Positions 1 to 13,014 of a stretch of 64,000 nucleotides of DNA are shown one piece after another. A program made the translations under genes and the position numbers. The first letter of the stretch is position 1. Every line of letters begins with the position of its first letter. The DNA lies in the NCBI GenBank assembly GCA_026026165.1, contig JAPEUD010000010.1:1-64000 (forward strand). The letters run 5' to 3'. The DNA is from Sarea resinae (taxonomy: Eukaryota). A model generated the notes under the pieces. It saw only the letters and a list, made by a program, of their open reading frames with translations. It made no database searches and was not told the DNA's origin.

Positions 1-86
1 TACCTATAGCAACTGTTACAAAAAGCCAAGTTCTATAGGTGTTCTAAATTGCTTACCTATCCTATAGAATTAAGCTTAAGGGGGTG

Positions 87-606
87 TGTTAGAATTATAA
101 CCTTAATTCTAGTCACTCTTAAGTATCAAGACTGTTACAGAATGTCACATGACAGTATAGATATATCTAGAAGCTTCTACAGACCTATAGAAGCTAATAG
201 AACTCTATAGAACCTTATAGAAGATTCTAGAAGATTCTATAGCTATGCTGACTAAGCATCACTACATGCTGACTAAGCATCTAGAACCTTCTAGAACTTT
301 CTAGAATGTTCTAGAACTGTCTAGAAGTCTATAGAATCTCTTAGATATCTATAGAACTCTATAACATAAGGGTTACACAACTATCTCCTGACTTTCTTAC
401 AAAGCCTATGTCATTGTCAGCTTATTGCTTACAAATCACTCATGTAATTAGTCATCACTAGAAGTTTCTAGTAAGTTAGTTAAGTCTATATATTAACTGC
501 CTTACACCTCTATAGCTAGAATCTCTAAGTTCAAAATACACAATCATTCTATACTATACTTCTTTAGCACCTTCCTCTACTTATATCTTTATGCTACCTT
601 CTAACA
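87..606 (+). repeat. Ty1/copia-type 3' LTR (520 bp) preceded by polypurine tract
   Basis: Begins TGTTAGAA and ends TTCTAACA (8-bp inverted termini). Immediately preceded by gcttaagggggtg, the typical copia PPT. A related copy lies at 37,173-37,691. Confidence 0.85.
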
Positions 607-2320
607 TAGCTGATTAGGTAATAGGGCTTAGCTCTATTATCTAATTTTTTAATTAGTTCTTTAGGCTCTCTCTTATAGGCTAGGGAACCCTAGATTTTTA
701 TATAGTCTAAGTTAGGCTTTTTATTAAACCTTAGCTTATAGGGTGTTTTATAGCCTATAGAGCTATTAGGGGTCCTATTATAGAGGTATATAGCAGCTAG
801 AATAGCTTCCCCCTAGAATTTTTTAGGGATATTAGCCTGATTTAGTAGGGCTCTTACTTTATTAAGTAAGGTCCTATTAATTCTTTCTGCTAGGCTATTT
901 TGTTTAGGGGTATAGAGTGTATTATAAGAGTCTATAATGCCTTTTTTAGCATGAAATTCCTTAAACACAGTGTTATTATAGACCTTAGCATTATCTAAGT
1001 GAAATCTTTTTAGCCTTTTTAGGCTTTAATTTTCCTCTTTAGTAATATATTCTTTGAATTTGCTAAAGGTTTTACTTTAATGTTTTAGAAGGTAAACATT
1101 AAGGTATTTTATAGCTAGGTCTAGGAAAGTAACATAGTATTTATTACTACTAGGTGTTAGGGGTTTTATAGGACCCCTTATATTACTACATACAATTTTA
1201 AGGTATTTCTTAGGCTTTTCTACAGGGATTTTACTAGTATGTCTAGTAAATTTAGCCTCTAAGCAGATAGTGCAGTCTTTAATATCTAAGTCTTTAGACT
1301 TAACACTAAGCTCTACATTATCCTCTAGCTTTTTTAGAGCGCTTTCCCCTATATGTCCTAGCCTTTTATGCTATATATCTAGGCTATTATCCTCTATAGT
1401 GCTATTTAGTATTATAGATATAGCCTTAGTCTAAAAGACACTAAGCTTATTAGCATAGGTCTCTTTAGCAGTGATACTACCTCTATTATCTAGGATAAGG
1501 ACATTTTTAGGGCTAAAGTTAACTTTATAGCCCTTATTTATAATTGCCTCTAGGGATAGCAGGTTTACACTAAAGTTAGAGATGTATAGGACATCTCTAA
1601 TATTTACCACCTGATTTGTTAGGGTAAATATTAGCTTGATATCCCCTATACCTGTTGTTGTAGTAGAACTACTAGTGTTACCCCACTTTACAGTAGTGTT
1701 ATAGGGTCTAAGGTTGTTAAAGAGTTCCTTTCTATAGCAGATATGTGTTGTTGCACCTAAGTTAAGAATCTATTCTGTAACAGTGCTGTTTGACTCGGAT
1801 TTTACACAGCTATAGGAAGCTTTAGGTGTAACAGTGCCTTTTTATAGCTTTGCAGCAGTACCTTCTAGGACTGTGCTTGTAACAGTGCATTCTGACACTG
1901 ATTTAGAACATCTATAGGAATTAGAGCTTGTAGCTATAAAGCTCTTTTCCTCTTGTAGTTCCTTTACTGTAGAGGGGTTAGCCCTATGCTTTTTAGCATT
2001 AGGCTTTTTACTCCTTTTTAGGCTAGGATATTTTTAAAAGCATGTAGACTTATTATAATTATTTAGTCTATAATAGTCACAGTGCTTTTTACTCTTAGAG
2101 GTAAGAGCTACCTTTATATCCTTGCTAGTGTTATAACTATTATTACTAGTGCTAGTGCTCTTAGAGATTTTAAACCTCTTAGAGTTATCTATTAGCTGTG
2201 TAAAGATTTCCTCTAGGTTAATATCCTTATCTTTACTTTTGTTTATTGTTTGTGTAATAATAGTAATTATATTATTATAGTTACTAGTAAGGTTGTTTAG
2301 AGTGGCAATATATCTATACT
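607..2320 (-). mobile_element. Ty1/copia internal fragment (gag Zn knuckle, protease, GAG-pre-integrase, integrase core), RIP-inactivated and truncated at both ends
   Basis: Minus-strand translation after RIP reversion gives a CX2CX4HX4C knuckle ~2040-2085, EWILDSGATTHIC ~1740-1775, WHKRLGHIG ~1345-1375 and YTPEQNGLAERINRTLLNKVRALL ~845-915. The PR-INT order is copia-type. Confidence 0.92.
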
Positions 2321-2779
2321 ATTATATAATCTATAAGAACTCTACAATGCAATACTATCTACTTAGGTACTCTATAAGGTATTTCTAACTATAAAGGTAC
2401 TCTATAGTATTGCTATCTATAAATATTAGCAAAAAGAGAAGAGGTCTATATAGATATAGTGTAGATATATAGTATGTAGTACTAGTTCTATATAGATAGT
2501 AGTGCTACAGTATATCTACAGCGTTATATAGCAATATTATAGTATATATACTTGTCTACTAGTAGATATAAAGGTAAATACATCTCTATATAGATATACA
2601 TTGTCTTCTATATACTTGTTATTAGGTTATATATAGTAGATACTTGTTATAATATCTCTATAGAACTTATATATACTATCTGTACTATATAGTGTCTACT
2701 AACAGCTATATAATATTAGGCAGTTGATTTTATACTATATAAGCTATATAAGCTATATAAGCTACACTAGAACTTCTAT

Positions 2780-5760
2780 TAACTTCTAAAATCTATTTAG
2801 TAAAGTATATTTCCTAGTTAATATATTTGTTTACTAAGAAACGTTCTTTATAATCTAAGCTATTAGAAGGTATCTTAATTATATAACTTAGCCTTATTAT
2901 ATCTTTAACATGTATAATACACTCTTTATTAGTTATTAGACAGCCTTTACTATAAGCAGCTATATTATCTAACCTTTTAATAATAGGTAGATAATGTATT
3001 ATATTTTAACTCTCTAGTTGTTTAGCTTATACCTAAGTAATTAAAGCTAGTGATATTAGAGCAAACTCTAGTATAGTAAGACTAAATAGAAATTAATATT
3101 AAGCTAATAGATAGGTGCTAACTAGCGCCTATCTATTAGCTATACTATGTCTCTCTAGATAGTATACATTGTCTTTTACCTAAACCTAATTGTTTCTTCT
3201 ACCTACACTCTGCTACAATGTTATATATTAGATAGTTAACTCTAATATATCTTTATAGTTGTTATTTGCCTCTTAAAAACACATTGTAAAAGATACTCTA
3301 TCTATAAGCTAGCTACTTATATATAAGTTTAATGTCTACTAATTAATATTTAGCTGACTATATTTGCTAAACAATGTTTTAATAAACATTAGTAAGGCAA
3401 TTATAAAGTCTAGTAGACCTAGTTTTATAATTTATTCTAATAATTGCAATAGATATCTATTAAAACCTTTAAGAATAGGTAATCTAGTATTTAATATCTA
3501 TACTATATTAGGAGATAATAGCCTCTCTATAGCTATCTTACACGCCTTAAAATAGAAACATTAGTTATAGTATTTTAATATCTATAGAGTAGTATATTAA
3601 TAATTTAATGCTTACTAGCCTAACTTTATTATTGTTTAGTAGAGAGCCTCTAAACAGTTAGTAGAGAAGCTATAAAGAGACTTAAATTGTCTGATTATAG
3701 ATATATAGTGACTAATAATATGTATCTTAAAGAAGTTAAAATATGCACCTGCTTTTAGAGCCTCTTCTCTTATATAATCCTCTACCTACTATATACTATC
3801 TTCTTTTCTCTAACCCTTATTAGAATATGCACTATGTTTCTACTTTTGCTTTCTATTAGCTGTTAGCTAAGAAGCTCTTTATAAAGCTCTTTATAATGCT
3901 ATAGCATATGCTGTTTAGGATGCTAAGCGCGCTATAGCTACTATTCCTTTATTAGTATAAAATCTTTAGAAAATAGCTTTGTGTTTATAGAAGACACCTA
4001 GTAGAAGGTCTATACACTTAAGGGTTTTATTGTTATAAGTATATAGTTATATAAAGAAGATAAAGTTAATAAAGGACTGTATATATATTATTGCTTGCTT
4101 AAAATCCTAGTGCTGTTATACAGATAGATTTGCTAATAATATAGCTGTAATAAGGACTAGGAATTTCACTACATTCTGTATTTCTTTCTTTTACTACTAT
4201 AATATCTAGAGATAGGTCTTAGTTAGCAGACTAAAAATTAGATACACTAGCATTACAATCTATAGAGAGTTAAAGGTGTCTAGTTATTTATATAGAAGTA
4301 GAAATACTGCTAGCTAGTTTAGAAGGTGCTGTAGTATACCTATATAAACTTAATACAGTAGATCTAGTTTTAGCAGATTGTAGATATTAACACCTAGCAG
4401 AAACTAAAGGCTATTAAGTGTCTTTCTAACACCTTTCTACTCTAGTGTTTATATATTACTCTTCTTTAGAAGTTGCTAGTAGTTTGCTAAGTCTCTTACT
4501 ATCTAGTTATTATCTTCTAGATAATAACTAAGGTTAGCCTATAGATATTTATATACTAGATAATAGCCTTATATAATACTACATATTATAACAACCTCTT
4601 TATAGTTAGCTACCTACTTAGCAAGCTATAGAAAACAATTCTAGGTATAACTATCTATATATAATATCTATATACTATTCTCTCCTAGCTTTCTAAGTGT
4701 CTAAAAGGCCTAATCTAGTCTATTATAGTATAGTTAATAATAATAATTCTGCTCTAAAACATTATTCGCTTTAATTCGCTTTAGATAAACTAGTAAGAGA
4801 CCTAAGAGAATAGTTGCTTGTAATAAAGGTTTAGCTTAAAGCGTGCTTAGTAAGTTACTAATTGTAAGATATATTAGCTATATATGCTTATCGCCTAAGA
4901 AATTAGTTAGATAAGTTTTATTAGATGTATAGATTACTAGGACTAGTGTTAAGTTTTTAGGCAGTGTATCTTAGTAGATAGTTAGCACTATATCTAATAC
5001 TAGATAAGTGTGATTTGTATACCTAAGTCTGCTACTACTAATTCCTAGTATATATATCTAAGTATAGTTAAGTATTCTATTCTCTATACAATTTTATAGG
5101 CAAATATACAAGCGCCTCTTTAAACTGTAGGTGTCTAAGTAGAAACAAAATATATCTTAAGAGATCTTTAAGATATATCTATATCTTCTTATTATAATAC
5201 TCTAAGAAAGATATTTCTTTCTATTCTCTACCTAGCGTTCTAAGTATAGTTAATATCCTATCTAATTTTTAACGCAGAGTATATACAGATTAGAAACTAG
5301 AGCAGTCCTATCCTATAATGTTGTTATTAAAGAACTTATTAATTGTAGTTAAAGTGATATTATTCTGTAGAAACTACTACACTAGTCTATAGTCTTTAGC
5401 GGTATTAAATAGCGCCTAAGATTGACTAAGGTATATATTATATCTTTTATTTAATTAATTAAGCAATTTATATAGTTTGCCTGCTAATAGATAAGCTATT
5501 AACTAGATAGCTATAAGCTTTACTAGTGATTGTATATATAGTGTAGTCTTATAAGCTACTCTATCTAATAACTAACTACTATTATAATCTAGTTAATCTT
5601 TAGTGTAGTTAATATCTGTCCTGCTATAGATATCTGCTAGAATGTTATAGTTAGTGTAGTTGTTAGTGTTGTTATTAATTGTAGAGCTAATATCTGCTGT
5701 TTTGCCTTAGTATCTATTGCGTTTCTTAAACAACAGTAGATTGTAGCGTCTTATATATAA
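2780..5760 (-). pseudogene. Plavaka-type transposase relic
   Basis: Minus strand reads LVIYTSNKTYLTNFLGDKHI*LIYLTISNL (~4855-4945; reverts to PVICASDKTHLTNFSGDKHAWPIYLTIGNL), YTRN***QT (GNWWWQT, ~5025-5055) and FNFFKIHIISHY...IRQFKSL..FSTN (FNFPKMH...FGS...STD, ~3655-3740). These match Plavaka transposase motifs. Ends are approximate. Confidence 0.82.
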
Positions 5761-5999
5761 AGTCAACTATAGAGAGTGCGTTGTATTATAACTACATATA
5801 TAGCATTTTAACATTGTAATATCCTCTAGTAGTTGTTGCTATACATGTAATAGTGTAGGTAATTGCTTTACACGTTATATTTATAGAGGCAAGTTTAAAA
5901 GTCTAAAGAGTGACTAAGTTGTTAGTTAGGTGATATTAGTGTTAGTATATAGGCAACCTATATGTTTATACTAATGTAGGTAGATAAGGCAGTGATTTC

Positions 6000-8200
6000 T
6001 GTTTCTATACATATGTTAATTAACACACACCTTTATATTAAGCTTATATTAGGATAGGACTTCCTAAGTATAATTATTATATTGCTCTTACCTAGAAAAA
6101 GCACAAACTCTAGCAGACCTATATAGTACACCTAATTCTATAAGATTAGCACCTTACTAACTAAAGAGACTTAGTAGAGAAAAGCACCTTATTAGCTAAC
6201 TACTAGTAGCCTTTATTGTTTACTCTCTAGTCTCTTAAACTAACTATCTAGGCAATCTAAACAATTATCTTATTATTAGCTGTTAGACATATATTATACT
6301 CTTAATCTAACAAATAAAAGCAAGGCAGCATTATAACGTTGTGTGAAACGCATTATAAGTTAGTATAAGATATATAACACTATCTAAGCAAGGGCTAAAC
6401 AAGTTAATAATTTGATTAGAGATATAATCTAGCAAGTAGACTTCTCTTTAGCCCTAGCAGATTACTTTAGATAATAACCTTAAAGATAGGCAGACTATTA
6501 AGAATGCTTATACATTGTTATCTAAGATTGTTGTAAAAAGGAGCGAGATTAAGAGAAGAGAGAATGTAGTCCTCTTATAACAGATAATAACATAACTAAT
6601 AATAATAATAGAGAAGGTAAAGATAATAGTAGTATATTACTATCTACTAGCGTAGTAGAAATATTAACTTCTAGCATACAGACTCTAACTAGTAAGTAAT
6701 ATCTAATACCTATTTAATATCTATATCCTTATATACTAGATAGTTAAACGTTATATTATCTAGGATATATACTATAGAGAGAACACCTTTAAATTCTAGA
6801 TACACTCTCTTCTATCTTTTTTAATAGAATCTATCTAATAAGTTGTTAGACGCTATATACCTAGCTATAAGATAGTTTAGATAGACTTAGACATTAACTA
6901 CTAGACGTTTTAGATTAAATATAATAGTGAGCTAGAGTCTGCCTTTAAACTTTTTCTAGAAGAAGCTATACGTTTAAAAATTGTAAGTGTAGCCTATAAC
7001 ACAACACTATAACTAACTAATAATATATATCTAGATAACTAGACTATCTTTACCTAAGAGATAATTGTCTACTAATTGTTATTGTCTAGTATCTCTAAAG
7101 AGATATATATCTGTATAAAACTTAATAAACAAACAGATTACAGAAATTTACAATTTAGAAGAAGAGTAAGCAGATAGTATATCACTTAATTGTAGGATTA
7201 GACCTAAACTAATAATATAGGACTTCTATCCTACTAAGTACCTCTTATTACTAGCCCTAAACATGCAAGTAAAAGTAGTCTGCCTTAGAAGAGGCTATTA
7301 TCTTACTACCTAAGTAGTAGTAAGTAGATATACTATATATATCTATTAGACATTACTAAGAGATAACTATTATTATGTATTAGATAAAATTCCTATCTGC
7401 CTTACTAATAAGATTATATACACAGATAAATACAGTATACTAGAAGGACTAAAGAGACGCTCTTATTATTATATATTAGATAGTTTAATTAATTATAATA
7501 AGCGTGTCTAGCGTGATAATAAAAGCATCTCTATAACATGTAACTATAGTAAGATAGTAGGCGTTTAGCAGAAGCTTTCTCTAGTCCTTAGCGAAGAAAC
7601 CTAATTGTCTACTGCACTTTCTTTAGAGGTAGTTATATAATATTCTATTGTATAAACTATATATTAGTGTCTGTTTTAGGTCTATTATATTATCTATATA
7701 ACAAAAGTCAACTAATAGATAACACTATACACTAGTCTAAATATTTGATTAGCTCTGCATAGTAGGTTAGCTACTCTAATTAGCGTTTAAGTGATTTAAA
7801 GACCTACCTTAGCTAAAGACACAGATAAATTTAGTGATAAACTAGACTTAATTTGTATATAAACAAGATAATCTACTAATTGTATTAGTTATTAATCTGC
7901 TCCTATATAGTACTATATACTCTAGTCTATTATTAAGGACTACTATAGCACAATATTATAGTAAGGTATTCTTAAGTATATTTGTATATCTCTTAGTATG
8001 CTATTATACAGTAGCTATACAAATCTAAGTAGACTACAACTACCTACTACATTATAGTCTAAGATATACCTAGGTAAGTACTATATCTACTATAGTACTT
8101 TACCTACCTAACTACCTAGTACACTGCTTATCTATTGTATAATATAAGGTAGTGCCTCTAATATATGTTGCATACATATAGCAGCTATTAGCTAAAATAC
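6000..8200 (+). pseudogene. RIP-degraded coding remnants of unknown function (one or two ORFs)
   Basis: Codon-like, purine-rich + strand stretches with an acidic-tail relic near 6580-6640 and gtaagt donor-like sites. No family assignable with confidence. Confidence 0.35.
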
Positions 8201-8839
8201 AGATTTTATATATAGTGTTACTCTACTATTCTTACTTTACCTCTTTATTTAATATTAAAATGCTAGATATACTACAGTTAATACTCTATTATAAGACTCT
8301 ATCTTAACATTATATTAGCAGACAGTTCACTTAAGTAGTAGACTAACTATTAGACTTTTATCACTAAGTAGATACTATATAAGTAGTGCTGCTATTTATA
8401 TTGCTTTAACCTTACTTCTACACTAATAGCTATCTAAAACATAAGCAAACTATTATCTATATAATATATTGCATATTAGATATAATATTAGTTAGAGGTG
8501 CAATGTTACACACTAGATATACTAATAGCATTAAGTGCTAATAGCTAGAAACAGTTAATAATAGCAACGTTTCTTTATCTTCTTTCTTACACGTTATAAT
8601 GTTATTATTCTTTATCCTATTTAGTTAGATCTCTATTTACTTTATATCTCTATTTACTTCTGCTACTCTTATTTGCTGCTGCTACTCTTATTTACTTTAC
8701 ACTATGCTAACGCGTTATTTATCTAATATTAAAGCTATAAAACCCTTACTACCTAGTCTAGCCTAACTAAGAATTCCTACTAGATATAACCTTACTTTAT
8801 TACTAATTTAGATAATTGTTCTATTAAGATTAGAGTGTC

Positions 8840-9300
8840 TACTTAGGTACTTACTAGGTAGGTAGAGAGGTATATACCTGCCTACCTATAGGTAGCAAGT
8901 ACTTATAGCAGTATGTACCTGCTTAATAGGACCTAATAAGTAGGCTTAGGTACCTATTATATGACTTTTTTATAGGTACATACCTATTATATAATTATAA
9001 GAAAGGTACATACCTAGTTATGTTAGAGGTACGTACCTATTTTATGTACCTAAGTATATTATTACCTATAAAATGTTACCTCTATATATTACTCTACATA
9101 AAGATTTTTGCTTATCTTATCTAATAAGCAGATAATCTAATAAGATCTACTTATAGAAACCTAATAGGTAGGCTATAGGCTCTACAACTAATTAAGCCTG
9201 CCTAAACCTAACCTAATTATGTAATTAGGCAGGCTAACCTACCTAAACCTTAATTTAGGCTAAGTACCTAAACCTAAGTAGATAGCCTAATTAAGATATT
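8840..9300. repeat. Cluster of short repeats and palindromes resembling a DNA-transposon subterminal region
   Basis: Repeated (g)tacctatt units at 8950-9070; inverted pair agcctgcctaa (9195-9205) / ttaggcaggct (9225-9235); aacct/acctaa repeats. Confidence 0.5.
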
Positions 9301-10599
9301 AACTTTATTTCTAGCCTTATTAGCTCTCTACTTATATTCTCTTATATTTTATCTTTTAGCTTATTATATCTCTCTTAGTCTAGCAGCCTAATTATTCTTA
9401 TTATACTAAACTTAAGTTTAGTGCTATACTCTTAGCCTTAATTACTTTCTACTTATTCTCTCTACTAGTTATCTCTCTACCTCTTAATATATTATAACAA
9501 TCTAGCTAAGTAAGCTACTCTCTTATTATACAATAAATATAACTAATAAGAGATATAATAAGATATAGTTTGTTAACTAGAACAAGAGATAGTTATAAGA
9601 CCTAATCCTTAAGTATAAGAACTTATAAAAAAGAGGCTATTAGAAGCGTACTTAAATCTAGGTATTATATTAAATAAAGCTAAGACTAGATTACAAAGGG
9701 CTATCTAGCAAGTATTATCTGACTATAGCTGCACTAACCTTTAAGCAGCAGGAAATTATACAGTTAACACTATAATAGAAGATGTAATACAGTCTACTAA
9801 CTTTCTAATACTATTTACAGACTAAATCAGAAGATAAGCTACTAGATAGAGCTATAATTAGGAACACCTATTTATTATTATACAAGATGTTTATAAGAAG
9901 CTATAAGACAATATAAAGAAAGAACTGCAATCTAAAAGTAGAACCTTATTATTACTCTTATCTAACGCCTTTAGTACTTTAGCTACTCCTTACTAGCTAG
10001 CTCTCTTTTAGTAGAAAGCCACTAAACAGATATTGCAGCAGCTTATAGAAATATCTATAAGTAAGAGATATATAATTATATTAATTGAATAGCACTTGCT
10101 AACAGCTAATAGACATTTAATATAACTCTAATACCTTTCTACTTAGTAGTCTTCTAGTAGTTACTATCTATACACTAGCTTCTTCTTAGTATAAAGCTAC
10201 TAACTAGACTATTTAGCAGCTTATAAAGACACTTATAAGTAGGAGATATCTAATTATATTGATTAAATAGCACTTGCTAACAGCTAATAGACAATTAATC
10301 TAACTCTAATACCCTTCTACCTAGTAGCCTTACTACTCTCTATACACTAATACCTTCTTATCTACTAACTATCTATATAGCACCTCTTTCTATAGGACTA
10401 CTAATAGGTAAGAGGTATATATATTTATCTATTAACTAATATTTACTAATAGTTAATAGATAACTAACTAGCTAAATAGTATATAACAATAGATAATAAG
10501 ATAAGCACCTAACTTTTCCTACTATTATCTCTAACTATAGATAGTATCTGTAATATTATTGCTAGGTTTATCCTATAAGCAGCGATTATTAATAAGATT

Positions 10600-12219
10600 A
10601 AGACAGATATAGAGAGAGAGAAGATTAGATTAGAATATAATAAAGAGGTTGTACTAGTACTTAAGTTAAGCCTATAACTAATTGTATTCTATATTGTAAG
10701 TGTCTCTTTATAGAAGTACATTGATTTCTAGTTGTTAACCTTATATAGGATGTAAAACATAGAAACCTTAAGTAGGCTAGTAATAACTTAGTTTCTATAT
10801 AGATAAGACCTAGACTAGGTATATACACTGTCTGCTATAAGGTATTATATCTAGTCCTAATACAGTTGTTAATTGTCTAGTGTAACAGACTATTTAATTG
10901 TCTAACTAGAGATATATTATATAAACCTAAATATAATAACACTAAATACTACCTTACTTTCTACTACTAAGACTAGCTAACACCTACTAAAGAGTTAGTT
11001 ATTAGGCCTTGTAGCAAGTGTTAGCTAGTCTAGTAGCACACCTAAGTTATTATTACCTTTGCTATAGAAAACTTAACAACTATCTAAGAGTTAGTTACTA
11101 GGCTTATCTAAGAGTTAGTTGCTAAGCTTATCTAATAGTTAGTTGCTAGGCTTATCTAAGAGTTAGTTGCTAGGCTTATCTACAAATAAATTGCTAGTTA
11201 TAGATCTAAGATAAGGTTGTTTACTAATAACACTAAATACAACCTTACTCTCTACTACTAAGACTAGCTAACACCTACTAAAGAGTTAGTTGCTAGGCCT
11301 TACAGCAGGTGTTAGTTAGTCTAGTAGCACACCTAAGTTATTACTATATTAGCTAAAGGAAACGCAACATCTGTTACTAGTTCCTAAGCTAGGTCGCTAT
11401 AACGTTAAGTGTAAGCTGCTAGACTTAAACGCAGTACTATTCTTTATTACTATAGAGCTAACTCTTTATAGACCTATCACTGCAAATTAAAGATAATATT
11501 TCTAATAAGCTTATATATAACCTAATAAGAGATAAGGCTAATAAAGAAGATATTAATAGCAAGGATACTAATAAAGAGGATGTTAAAGATAAAGATAATA
11601 ACAAAGATAACATTAATAACAATAATAGCAACAAAGATAACGTTAATAACAATAATAGCAATAAAGATAACGTTAATAATAAAGATTATCTACCTATTAA
11701 AAACAATAATCTGCTGCCTAATAATCCTCTAAATAATAATCCGCTACCTAATAATCCTTTAAATAACAATCTACTACTTAATAATCCTCTAAATAATAAT
11801 CTACCACCTAATAATACTCTATATAATAATCTGCTACCTAATAATTATCTATATAGCACAGAACATTATCTGCCTAGTAAGTACTAGAATAATAAGTGAT
11901 AACCTCTACTAACTTTTGTCCTTACTTTATAGGCCTCTAAGACCTTAGTGCTTTTGCTAGCAAATAGTATAACAAATTAGAGAGAGTAGATAACCTAATT
12001 AAGAGAATAAACCTAGTAATAGCGAAACGCTAAACAGTTATTTAAAATAGTCTAGCAATTTAACACAACACACTCTAAATGTAGAAGGATATAGCAGCTA
12101 TATTCTTTATTCCTAAACACACTGTATTAACAACCTAAATACCTATAAAGCTACTATTCTTTTAAGTATCTATTTAACTACTACTATATTAAGCTACAGC
12201 TATTATGTTTATATTACGT
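10600..12219 (+). pseudogene. 5' part of SNF2-family helicase pseudogene with low-complexity insert (split by gypsy insertion)
   Basis: Degenerate motif-I-like FLV(A)(D)P...KT segment at ~10,725-10,770, followed by acidic/Pro repeat relics. Contiguous with the 3' part once the element at 12,220-23,430 is removed. Confidence 0.45.
10936..11880 (+). repeat. Tandem/low-complexity repeat array
   Basis: ~120-bp direct duplication (10,936 and 11,227), 24-bp unit ttatctaagagttagttgctaggc x4 (~11,081-11,182), and 30-bp unit aataatctgctgcctaataatcctctaaat x5-6 (~11,700-11,880). Confidence 0.85.
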
Positions 12220-12545
12220 TGTAGTAGAGTTAATAAGTTAGTTAGTTATATAGAGAGCAGTTAGAGAGATAGGTTAGCGCAGCTGTTTATTATAGCACTG
12301 TTTCTTGCTTTATAAGTAGCTTCTAGTTCTTTAGTTTATTATATAATTTAGTTTAGATCTTCTTACTAGTTTAAGTCTAGTAAGCTAGCAAGTTAGGTTA
12401 TTTAAGTGCGTTTTATATTTAGTTTCTAATTGTTTAACATATATATCTAGCGTCTTACTCCTACTGCTATTGCTGTATCCTATAGTCTACTATATATATC
12501 CTTTACTTCTTACCTCTAAAGAAGCAACTATTAAAGCCCTTTATA
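12220..12545 (+). repeat. 5' LTR of gypsy element 1
   Basis: tgtagtagagttaataag...gccctttata; direct repeat of 23,105-23,430 with only transition differences. Confidence 0.95.
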
Positions 12546-13014
12546 TTAGTGACCTATACAGAGTATAAACAACTTAATCTAACGCAAAGAATTGCTTAAA
12601 TCCTTAGAGTGTAAGAGAGTACCTAGTTAGCGTTAAGGGGTTAGTGTAGCACTACATGCAATAGCATTAGAAATTAGGCACCTAAATAGAGACGCTTTTT
12701 ACTAGCCTAGCTAGTAAAAAGACTAGGTCTTAAGAGTAGTGCAAGTAGTTGTTATAGCAACTATAGCAGTGAAATTACAATTAGCACGTTGTTTGCTAGA
12801 TTATAGTTAGGTTGCTTATACGCTAAGAAGTGTTAAGGGTTACTAAGAGAAAAGAATTAAGAGAGTAGAGATAAAGAGAAGTAGTAAGGCGTGTTATAAG
12901 TGCTACAAGTGCGTATAGCGTAGGGCAAGGTGCTACTATAAGAGTTATATAAGTCCTTTAGCTGATTTAGAGCTACTTTTAGGATTTATCTTTAGTTTCT
13001 TACTCTTTATTACA

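Noticed and set aside
11458..11661. Leu/Ser-rich 67-aa ORF resembling a membrane peptide
   Set aside because: Antisense reading of a RIPed acidic low-complexity repeat.
11081..11880. Regular repeats resembling a CRISPR array
   Set aside because: Head-to-tail tandem units without unique spacers, in a eukaryotic context with no cas genes.
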